A DNA stretch of 32,000 nt, taken from NCBI RefSeq assembly GCF_037902255.1, contig NZ_CP147990.1:1320001-1352000 (forward strand). Direction: 5' to 3'. Source of the DNA: Candidatus Electrothrix sp. GW3-4. GTDB taxonomy: Bacteria > Desulfobacterota > Desulfobulbia > Desulfobulbales > Desulfobulbaceae. Shown here in pieces: positions 8,201 to 14,187 of this stretch. How positions within the stretch are numbered: position 1 is the first letter of the stretch; every line of letters begins with the position of its first letter. The notes beneath the pieces are model-generated. The model was not told the origin of the DNA, did not search any database, and was given only the letters and a program-made list of their open reading frames with translations. A program made the translations under genes and the position numbers.

Positions 8201-8579
8201 GGGCAGCGTCCAGGTCCGGGACATAGAGCAGGTTATGGATCTTGCGCACCTTACCGCCTCGCTTATAGATGGAGCTGATCTCCGCACTGAGGAGGAAACG
8301 GATTTGCGAGCAGTCCGGCTGTACTCCCGGTGGCAGAATTGGGGCCAGCTCGGTAAAGTCGGGCTGCTCCTTGAGGCGAAAGAGACCGGGTTCTGCCGGT
8401 TCCAGATTATCGGCCAAGTGGGCAAACCAGCCCGGATGGGTGAAGTCGCCAGTGGCAACAACATCAATGCCCTTGATGGCGGCCCAGGCCGCCAGACCGT
8501 GCAGATTGCTGGCCTTGCTGGTGGCCCTGGAGTAGCGGGAGTGGATGTGGAGGTCGGCGATATAGGACATGGAGGGCAT
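5208..8579 (-). CDS. Fusion protein: N-terminal EndoQ-like PHP phosphoesterase with Zn ribbon, plus C-terminal UvrD/PcrA-type SF1 helicase (1123 aa)
   Basis: PHP/EndoQ-type motifs: DLHIHSRYSRATS, TGDFTHP, PAHIWTPW, SNSDCHSP, and the ribbon CDGHRKCGVC...CPECG. Helicase motifs: AGPGTGKTHTL, LLVDEFQDLN, TNYRS, TLHAAKGLEFRAVFLVG, VGMTRA. The start may be M1 (8579) or M4 (8570). Confidence 0.88.
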   Translation of the reverse strand: MPSMSYIADLHIHSRYSRATSKASNLHGLAAWAAIKGIDVVATGDFTHPGWFAHLADNLEPAEPGLFRLKEQPDFTELAPILPPGVQPDCSQIRFLLSAEISSIYKRGGKVRKIHNLLYVPDLDAARRINTVLAGIGNLESDGRPILGLDSKILLEILLEQAPEGFLVPAHIWTPWFSLFGSKSGFDAIEECFDDLSSEIFALETGLSSDPEMNRHISALDRFSLISNSDCHSPSKLGREANIFTTELSFPALKEALRRPVDDQGKQRFQATVEFYPEEGKYHCDGHRKCGVCLEPAQTVEVEGLCPECGRPMTIGVLYRVMELADRDKPQWPEGSPAVHSLIPLAEMLGELFSCGPATKKVGAVYSKLIKSFGSEFQILLDTPVEELNTASPLLGTAIQRVRENKVIRRPGFDGEFGVIRVFEEEERNQLAGQLNLFGMTPAKPRKKSPRKAVVRRRKSQVSPMQARKELNPEQQAAVDSKARRVIVQAGPGTGKTHTLVQRVLRLLEGGQDRITVITFTNKAAEELRQRLAAVQKAAEQAVRVDTFHGFCLHWLRRHDPELQLAGPEMRGWVFRRQYPELAERERRQLRQEAGLFLAEQAVLPEPSACPLPLQAYFHYLREHNLLDLDEIVPACTALLHTDTGFTEELRQATAHLLVDEFQDLNAAQYHLVRLLAETATVFAIGDPDQAIYGFRGSRPAWFHRFIAEQEPEFHQLATNYRSGADILRAAGAVIATNHEEEKEAGGGANPCVRPCSPQAASEQPGTIFRHLAPSARAEASFIASQIQQLIGGTSHREIDRLIGAPEDGGSLALSDIAILYRTSRQTDTIAQALAERTLPCQVVDMQPFYLRGELKRLSYWCLLAAGQVDAAELLFLLGQEQGIGAKGLAAAEAVLSEHPDKAPLTALADAVNAQGVDLPKPVQQGIRAMQELADRLLKEKSVAQAVDLLYAQYQLDSQATGPVPELNQETAELVRFRSMATSSPSLSAFARHLRRHQDSLIYDERAEAVLLTTLHAAKGLEFRAVFLVGCEEGLLPLTPRSELSPEEEEEHLREERRLFFVGMTRAAEVLYLTGAEERQGFSGLEERRPSPFLNEIPPELLKEPPRVVKKRKKRAGKQLSLF

Positions 8580-8728
8580 GGTGTCTGCTGCTGGCTGGGG
8601 TTGGTCGGTTCCCTGATGTCGGGGAGGTTGCGAGGGCGCAGCTTAAAGCCAAGGCGGGGGGATGTCAAGAGAAAGGGGAGGGGGCGGATAGCTGCATTCA
8701 TGCAGGAGATGGGAGCATTCACGGTCCA

Positions 8729-9127
8729 TTACAGCCAATTCTCCATCCGCAGCCCGGCAACTCGCTCAAACTCCCTCAGATTATTCGTGACAACAACCAA
8801 GCCTTCGCTCCGGGCATGTCCAGAGATATGCAAATCATTCACCTCGATCGGTGTGCCACGTCGTTCCAGGTCGGCACGGATATCGCCATAATGCTCAGCC
8901 GCTTTTCTGCCGTATTCCAAGATCTCCAGCCGGGAGGCGAAATCCTCCACCTGCCGCAGGTTATGTCCTGGCCTGGCAGATTTTTCCACCCCGTGGATCA
9001 ACTCGGCAAAAGTGATGGAGCTGATGCACATCTGGCCAGCATGGCGGTTGAAGGTGTCCAGTATCTCCAGCGGTCGCCGTTTGATGACGTAGATAGCAAT
9101 GTTGGTGTCGAGCATGTATTTCAACAT
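8729..9127 (-). CDS. vapC: PIN-domain toxin VapC
   Basis: MLDTNIAIY..., FAEL, and NDLHISGHA...VVVTNN give the typical PIN acidic residues. ATGA overlap with the upstream antitoxin gene. Confidence 0.9.
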   Translation of the reverse strand: MLKYMLDTNIAIYVIKRRPLEILDTFNRHAGQMCISSITFAELIHGVEKSARPGHNLRQVEDFASRLEILEYGRKAAEHYGDIRADLERRGTPIEVNDLHISGHARSEGLVVVTNNLREFERVAGLRMENWL

Positions 9128-9360
9128 CAGAACGCTTCCCTTTCCTGTTGTTCCTGCGAAGCGCGTTCTGTCATGAAATCATCTGTCACTTTTTCGTCGG
9201 ACTTGAAAAAACTGTCCCAAGTATTTTCAACCGGTGAAAGTACACGATCTTTTCCTATAACTCGCACGATAACCTTTTTCACTGAGCTAGGAAAACGGGT
9301 TTCTACTGGCAGCCTGACCGCCTGGGTTCGATTATTAATAAAAACTGATCCAGTACGCAT
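9127..9360 (-). CDS. vapB: AbrB/SpoVT-type antitoxin VapB (77 aa)
   Basis: The track ORF 9127..9429 is trimmed to ATG 9360 (MRTGSVFINNRTQAVRLPVE...), with GGAGG upstream. The stop overlaps the vapC start by 4 bp. Confidence 0.85.
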   Translation of the reverse strand: MRTGSVFINNRTQAVRLPVETRFPSSVKKVIVRVIGKDRVLSPVENTWDSFFKSDEKVTDDFMTERASQEQQEREAF

Positions 9361-9452
9361 AAGAAACCTCCTTGGAGATAATGTGTATACTGAAAGTATA
9401 TAGCATGTCGTCGTGAGCGACAAGGACAAGTTCTATTGGTGTGTGCAGGTTG

Positions 9453-9541
9453 TTGGCCTTGCTGATGGCACGGGAGGAGCGGAAGTGGATGTGGAGGGCA
9501 GCGCTAAAGGAGATGGTGTGCGCTGCTGGCAGGCCCGCTTT
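9453..9541 (-). pseudogene. Degenerate duplicate of the 5' end (about codons 1-27 plus ~17 bp of leader) of the PHP-UvrD gene
   Basis: 9453-9541 aligns with 8500-8596, including an identical run agtggatgtggagg. It translates ISFSAALHIHFRSSRAISKANNLH against MSYIADLHIHSRYSRATSKASNLH. There is no ATG and no downstream gene body. Confidence 0.75.
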
Positions 9542-9661
9542 GTCGTTTTGGACCACTGTTTGTGGCCGTTATGCTAGTGCTCTGTAAAATCTAAATTTTA
9601 GGGTAGCGTATTTAAAATTAATGTAGCATGTTGTCCGAAAAAAAAATTGAAAGAGGATTTC

Positions 9662-10105
9662 ATGCCAAAAAAATACATTGTCCAATTGACTCCAAAAGAA
9701 CGCTGTCATTTACAGGAGGTTATCAAAAAGCTTTCGGGGGGCAGCCAGAAAGTCCGTCGTGCTCACATCTTATTGAAAGCTGATGCAAATGGCCCCTGTT
9801 GGAAAGACAGCAGGATAGCAGAAGCATTCAACTGTAGGACAAAAACGGTTGAGAACATCCGTCAAAATTTTGTTTTGCACGGTTTTCAACAGGCTCTTGA
9901 CGGAAAAAAACGTGCAACCCCGCCTACTCCGAAACTATTGAATGGGGAGCAGGAGGTTAAAATCATTGCCACTCGTCTTGGTTCACCTCCGCCGGGATAC
10001 GCAAATTGGTCACTGCGCCTTTTAGCCCGACATGTTGTTGAATTGGAAATAGTTCCGTCGATCAGCCATGAAACTATTCGCCAAGTAATAAAAAAAACGG
10101 GATGA
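9662..10105 (+). CDS. IS630 transposase, N-terminal HTH part (orfA)
   Basis: The ATG at 9662 follows aagagga. Helix-turn-helix-like sequence is present. The ORF ends just after the A8 run at 10090-10097. Confidence 0.8.
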   Translation: MPKKYIVQLTPKERCHLQEVIKKLSGGSQKVRRAHILLKADANGPCWKDSRIAEAFNCRTKTVENIRQNFVLHGFQQALDGKKRATPPTPKLLNGEQEVKIIATRLGSPPPGYANWSLRLLARHVVELEIVPSISHETIRQVIKKTG

Positions 10106-10797
10106 ACAACCGGAAAATCCAATACTGGGTTATTCCACCAAAACACGATGCGGAATTCGTGGCCAACATGGAAGATGTGATAGAGGTTTATGAAAGACCG
10201 TATAATCCTAATCATCCTTTTCTTTGTATGGACGAACAACCAGTTCAGCTGATAAAGGAAACTCGTTTACCTATCCCGGCAACTAAAAATCATGCTAAAC
10301 GCGTTGATTATGAGTATGAGCGTAACGGAACAGCCAGTATTTTCATGTTCACCGAGCCTCTTTCAGGCTGGCGTGAAGCCACAGCTCGTCCTCGGCGGAC
10401 TAAAACAGATTGGGCGATCGAAGTGGCTCGCCTCCTTGAAGGTCGCTATGCAGAATGTGAAAAGATAACGTTGGTTTGCGATAATCTCAACACCCATACA
10501 AAGGGAGCTTTTTATGAGGCTTTTCCTCCTGAACGTGCTCGTGCATTAGTACGCCGGATTGAATTTTGTTACACACCGAAACATGGTAGCTGGCTCAATA
10601 TAGCAGAAAACGAATTGAGCTCCATGACTCGACAATGTCTTGCCAATCGTCGTATAGGAGATATCGAGACGTTACAGAAAGAGATTGCCGCATGGTCAAG
10701 CGATGTGAATAACACTCAACGTGGTGTTGAGTGGCAAATGAAAATTTCTGATGCCCGGTGCAAATTAAAATCCGTTTACCCTAAAATTAAGTCGTGA
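10102..10797 (+). CDS. IS630 transposase, DDE catalytic part (orfB), in the -1 frame relative to orfA
   Basis: LCMDEQP, VCDNLNTH and WLNIAENELS give DDE spacing. A -1 slip on A8 would read ...IKKKNGMNNRKIQYWVIPP, which resembles the KKNxxKPW...W.IP junction typical of the family. Confidence 0.85.
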   Translation: MNNRKIQYWVIPPKHDAEFVANMEDVIEVYERPYNPNHPFLCMDEQPVQLIKETRLPIPATKNHAKRVDYEYERNGTASIFMFTEPLSGWREATARPRRTKTDWAIEVARLLEGRYAECEKITLVCDNLNTHTKGAFYEAFPPERARALVRRIEFCYTPKHGSWLNIAENELSSMTRQCLANRRIGDIETLQKEIAAWSSDVNNTQRGVEWQMKISDARCKLKSVYPKIKS

Positions 10798-10813
10798 CAG
10801 AGCACTAGTCTCA

Positions 10814-11104
10814 TCAGCAAAAATGCCAGCCGGTGCGCTCCCAGGGTGACATTTCACTCGGTGACTCACCGTAATATCGTAGCAGCCCCAGGTCTGTGTC
10901 TTTCTCTTCTCCGAGTTCCTGCCCGTGGACGACTTCTCCTTTATAGCTGAGTGTTCCGTATTGATGTTCGCTACGGGTGCCGACCGCACGGTAAGAGAGG
11001 CGTAATTGCCAGCCGCCTTCCTGGAAAAGGGTGTCTGGTTTGACTGGTGAAGAGGGCCTGTTGTTGATCGCAGCAATGACTTGCTCCCAGTCTTTGGGAT
11101 ACAT
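10814..11104 (-). CDS. Hypothetical protein (96 aa)
   Basis: An ORF of ~53% GC directly downstream of small-ORF copy A. Its stop lies 8 nt from the IS630 end. No family recognised. Confidence 0.45.
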   Translation of the reverse strand: MYPKDWEQVIAAINNRPSSPVKPDTLFQEGGWQLRLSYRAVGTRSEHQYGTLSYKGEVVHGQELGEEKDTDLGLLRYYGESPSEMSPWERTGWHFC

Positions 11105-11119
11105 GCTTTCCTTGTCCCG

Positions 11120-11274
11120 TCATCGTTCAAGGTCCGCTGTCATTTTTGCGGCAAGAAGGGACAGTTCGTCTTGGTCGTAGCGTTGCAGGAGTTTTTCAGG
11201 GCGCTCTGTTGGACAACCTGGTGGATATATTCGTTGAACTCGGGACGGGACATTTTTGTATGGTAGTCTTTCAT
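11120..11274 (-). pseudogene. Small-ORF copy A, frameshifted relative to copy B
   Basis: The frame-corrected translation is MKDYHTKMSRPEFNEYIHQVVQQSALK/KLLQRYDQDELSLLAAKMTADLER. It has a 1-nt deletion relative to copy B (gcaggagtttttcaggg vs gcaggagtttattcaaggt). Confidence 0.5.
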
Positions 11275-11303
11275 GGTAGGTTTTGGGGTGAAAGGTGTGG
11301 GAA

Positions 11304-11654
11304 TTAAGTAGGTCTGTTTGAAGTCCTTATTGTTACAAAGTGGAACCCGGTTTCGCTTTCACCTGAAAAATTCTCTTCTTTTAGGTTAAAACCTACTTCA
11401 TTAGCAAGAGGGTGAAAACGATTATATGACTGTTCATCAAAAGCATATGCGGCACCCAATTTTATCCCATTGATTATCTCACCAAATCTGGTTTTCTTTA
11501 TTGTTGTTTTCTTTGCAGATTCTGGTGATACAAAATTTATGAAGTTTTTCATCTCTTGTTCTGAACCAGAGATTACGCAAGCATCTCCATCGCAAATGAC
11601 TTCTGTTTTTGATTTATAAGCGAAATAGCCGATTACCTTGCTGTCACGATGCAT
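11304..11654 (-). CDS. Hypothetical protein (116 aa), low GC
   Basis: The ORF is co-oriented with and 66 bp downstream of the 380-aa ORF. No family recognised. Confidence 0.5.
   Translation of the reverse strand: MHRDSKVIGYFAYKSKTEVICDGDACVISGSEQEMKNFINFVSPESAKKTTIKKTRFGEIINGIKLGAAYAFDEQSYNRFHPLANEVGFNLKEENFSGESETGFHFVTIRTSNRPT
11305..11322. repeat. 17-18 bp direct repeat aagtaggtctgtttgaa (copy 1)
   Basis: Identical to 12885-12902. A degenerate version (agtaggtttggag) lies at ~13172-13184. It overlaps the last codons of the 116-aa ORF. Confidence 0.8.
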
Positions 11655-11720
11655 ATTTATACCTTTTTTGTTTTATGGTTTAACGTGCGTCCCCGATTTA
11701 CCGAAAAATGAAAGAAAGAT

Positions 11721-12863
11721 TTACAGGTTAGCTGAATCAACACGACGTATAAAACTTGCCTTGCGCCTATGCTCTTCCTGAATGGTCATCAGTTTTGATT
11801 TGAACAAACTGGTTGCATTGTTCTTTTTGGCAAGATCCTTCAAATCAATCAGGAGTTTAACCGCTTCATCATAGCTTTTGGGGGTTCTGGTCAAAATAAG
11901 GGTGTTAACTTGCTCCCATATTTCATTTTCTCTTTCGGCCAGTCCGTTCAAATATTTTTCTCTTGCGATGGCCGCTTCCTTTTCCTTGCGTGCTTTTTCC
12001 TTTGCTTTCTGTTCAGCGATCTGCCGGTACTTTTCTTTTGTGTATGCCTCTGCTTTTTGGAGGAGTTCCATTACAGTTCGTGATTTTTTCCCATTACTTT
12101 TGGTATCTTGTGTTGAGAGGGTCTTGCTAAACCGCTGCAACAGTTCGTTTCCTATATGAGGATCGCCGTCATTGATGAGCCGAAAAATAATTGTATCTTT
12201 TTCGCTACTGGGAAGCCCGTCTATCCAGATTTTGAGCTTTTGATCATTTTGAATTGATTTTTGTTCTGCAATACTACTTTCAGCGGCCACCTGGATAAGA
12301 TCCTTATCGAGCCGCATGAAATCTGCGAAACTTTCAAGGGAAGCATTTAAATTTCCAAGATTTGCAGGAACAGGCGGTTCTTCTTCATCGTCTTCTAGCT
12401 CATCCATCTGCGCACAAAAGAGCCAGGCAAGATATAAGCATCGATAGTCCCCCTGGATAAGATCGGAACGTAATGAAATCAATGGAGAGAGATAACCTTC
12501 ACCTTCTTCCCAATCATAATCTTCGGTTTCAGATGTAAAATCAAAGATCAGGTAATCTCCCTTTTCATAGATAGTCCAACTATCTCCGATGCAATATTTA
12601 CTTGCCAGATCCAAATCTATTAATTTTCGTGGAATTCTCAGAAGAAGCTGATGGATTCCCCAGTTGGAGACATATAAAAAGGCATCAAAATATTTTTCTA
12701 CCAGTTTTAACGGGGTACCTTTGAAGTTGCCATAGTTGTATTCATTGACAAAACTTGTGGAGGTGATTTGCGCTCTGGAGGATATATCCCGAAGCACTTG
12801 TTGATCTTTTTGAGATAAAGGTTTGTCTATGGCCTGAAATTCATAATACTGGTATTCACTCAT
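11721..12863 (-). CDS. Hypothetical protein (380 aa): MSEYQYYEFQAID N-terminus, acidic linker, Lys/Glu-rich coiled-coil C-terminal region
   Basis: Long low-GC ORF. The N-terminal YYEF motif resembles a conserved-hypothetical family I cannot name with confidence. The C-terminal part contains KEKYRQIAEQKAKEKARKEKEAAIAREKY. Confidence 0.6.
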   Translation of the reverse strand: MSEYQYYEFQAIDKPLSQKDQQVLRDISSRAQITSTSFVNEYNYGNFKGTPLKLVEKYFDAFLYVSNWGIHQLLLRIPRKLIDLDLASKYCIGDSWTIYEKGDYLIFDFTSETEDYDWEEGEGYLSPLISLRSDLIQGDYRCLYLAWLFCAQMDELEDDEEEPPVPANLGNLNASLESFADFMRLDKDLIQVAAESSIAEQKSIQNDQKLKIWIDGLPSSEKDTIIFRLINDGDPHIGNELLQRFSKTLSTQDTKSNGKKSRTVMELLQKAEAYTKEKYRQIAEQKAKEKARKEKEAAIAREKYLNGLAERENEIWEQVNTLILTRTPKSYDEAVKLLIDLKDLAKKNNATSLFKSKLMTIQEEHRRKASFIRRVDSANL

Positions 12864-12884
12864 ATTTGTTCCTTATATTAGTCT

Positions 12885-12902
12885 CAAGTAGGTCTGTTTG
12901 AA
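12885..12902. repeat. 17-18 bp direct repeat aagtaggtctgtttgaa (copy 2)
   Basis: Identical to 11305-11322. Lies 22 bp upstream of the 380-aa ORF start. Confidence 0.8.
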
Positions 12903-12970
12903 TACAACGAAAACGGATATTCTCTCGACCCAATGAAAAATCTTCACGAAACGCACGCATGTTACCTCAA

Positions 12971-13108
12971 TCATTCCATGCAGGCAAGATGGGTCAGTTC
13001 GTCTTGGTCGTAGAGTTGCAGGAGTTTATTCAAGGTGCCCTGTTGGACAACGTGGCGGATGTATTCGTTCTTGGGCAGGGACAGTTTTATGTGGTAATTT
13101 TTGGGCAT
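12971..13108 (-). CDS. Small-ORF copy B (45 aa), possible ribbon-helix-helix-like regulator
   Basis: MPKNYHIKLSLPKNEYIRHVVQQGTLNKLLQLYDQDELTHLACME. It is below the ORF-track length cutoff and was found through DNA similarity of ~12975-13190 to 11128-11322. The fold guess is weak. Confidence 0.4.
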   Translation of the reverse strand: MPKNYHIKLSLPKNEYIRHVVQQGTLNKLLQLYDQDELTHLACME

Positions 13109-13267
13109 GCTTCATATGCTGCCGTTAACAGTTTTTCATGGTAGTCTTTCGAGGCGTGGTGTATGAAGGGAGTGTGGGATAGTAGGTTTGGAGTATAGGG
13201 CAATATAACATATGGTGGATTCGCAATAGCCCTTTTTGTCTGATTTTTTTTCATTTTACGAGTTCAT

Positions 13268-14182
13268 ATGGAATTTTCCCCATCAAATGTAGCATTTAAT
13301 CGACATGAATCTTTTTCTCTCCGTTTTGGATGGTTGACGAAGGGGTTTAAGGCATTTCAAGATAATCCTGACTTTTTTTCTGCTCCAGATGCCGTAGTGC
13401 AACTTGGTGTTGGTAAAAACATGGTAAATTCAATTCGTCACTGGCTGAGAGCCGCCCAATTGATTGAAATAAATAATGATGAAAAAAGGGTGACCCGTAT
13501 CGGTGAGGCTATCTTTGATAGAAAAAGAGGATATGATCCATATTTAGAAGATGAAGCCACTATCTGGCTCATACATTGGCTAGTTGCGACTAACCCGATT
13601 CATGCGACATCTTGGTACTGGTTTTTTAATCGTTTCCATAAGACTGAGTTTACTAGCCAAGAAGTGTATACGGCCTTGCTTGATTTTTCGCAAGAAAATA
13701 TCACCGGAAAGTACTCCGAGAATTCAATAAAAAATGACTGTGCCGTTTTACTGAGAACCTATGTCCAATCAAGAGGAGATACAAAAATACCAGCAGAAGA
13801 AGCTCTTGATTCACCTCTGTCATTGCTGAAGCTTATCACCTATACCAAAGCGACTAAAACATACCAATCTTGTCTAAAACGACGCGACGACCTACCTATA
13901 GGTATTGTAGGGTATGCTTTGGCTGATTTATTTAGGCAGCGAAAGATAAAAGAAATTTCTATGGAAGATCTTGTTTACAGTAGTGACGGACAAGTTGCCC
14001 CCGGCCCAATTTTTCGGTTGTCGGAAAACGATCTGATCGCTAAACTTGAAGATCTCGTTTATTATCTTCCTAACATTTTTAAAACATCCGAGAGCGCAGG
14101 TATTCATCAACTTTACCTCTTACAGGATATTGACCCGTTGATCTATATTAAAGAGCATTACAAGACCCAACAACAGGGATAA
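13268..14182 (+). CDS. sspB: DUF4007-family protein, SspB-like (DNA phosphorothioation nickase component)
   Basis: The N-terminus is FNRHESFSLRFGWLTKGF...VGKNMVNSIRHWL. It is the first gene of a tightly packed 4-gene operon with a P-loop ATPase, a PAPS-reductase-like gene and a DUF262/DUF1524 gene. Confidence 0.7.
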   Translation: MEFSPSNVAFNRHESFSLRFGWLTKGFKAFQDNPDFFSAPDAVVQLGVGKNMVNSIRHWLRAAQLIEINNDEKRVTRIGEAIFDRKRGYDPYLEDEATIWLIHWLVATNPIHATSWYWFFNRFHKTEFTSQEVYTALLDFSQENITGKYSENSIKNDCAVLLRTYVQSRGDTKIPAEEALDSPLSLLKLITYTKATKTYQSCLKRRDDLPIGIVGYALADLFRQRKIKEISMEDLVYSSDGQVAPGPIFRLSENDLIAKLEDLVYYLPNIFKTSESAGIHQLYLLQDIDPLIYIKEHYKTQQQG

Positions 14183-14187
14183 CCGGC

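Larger units (their letters stand above)
9578..10805 (+). mobile_element. IS630-family insertion sequence flanked by a TA target duplication
   Basis: Terminal inverted repeats are gtgctctgtaaaatctaaattttagggta (left) and taccctaaaattaagtcgtgacagagcac (right), flanked by TA at 9576-9577 and 10806-10807. It encodes an HTH ORF plus a DDE ORF. Confidence 0.88.

Noticed and set aside
8600-8728. G-rich tract between vapC and the PHP-UvrD start as a G-quadruplex element
   Set aside because: G-runs are present (gggg, gggggg, gggg, ggggg), but loop lengths do not fit a canonical four-tract G4 with short loops. I cannot support this without a predictor.
1804-8891. Long plus-strand ORFs antisense to the CHAT and PHP-UvrD genes (1804..2982, 3292..4395, 5424..6137, 6303..8891 of 862 aa)
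   Set aside because: These are shadow ORFs typical of high-GC DNA opposite real genes. Their translations are low-complexity, Arg/Gly/Ala/Pro/Gln-rich, with no motifs, while the minus-strand products carry clear catalytic motifs.
9335-9556. The 73-aa ORF as a functional gene
   Set aside because: Its only protein-like part (ALHIHFRSSRAISKANNLH) is the decayed copy of the PHP gene N-terminus. The rest overlaps the vapB upstream region, so it is better explained as a remnant.
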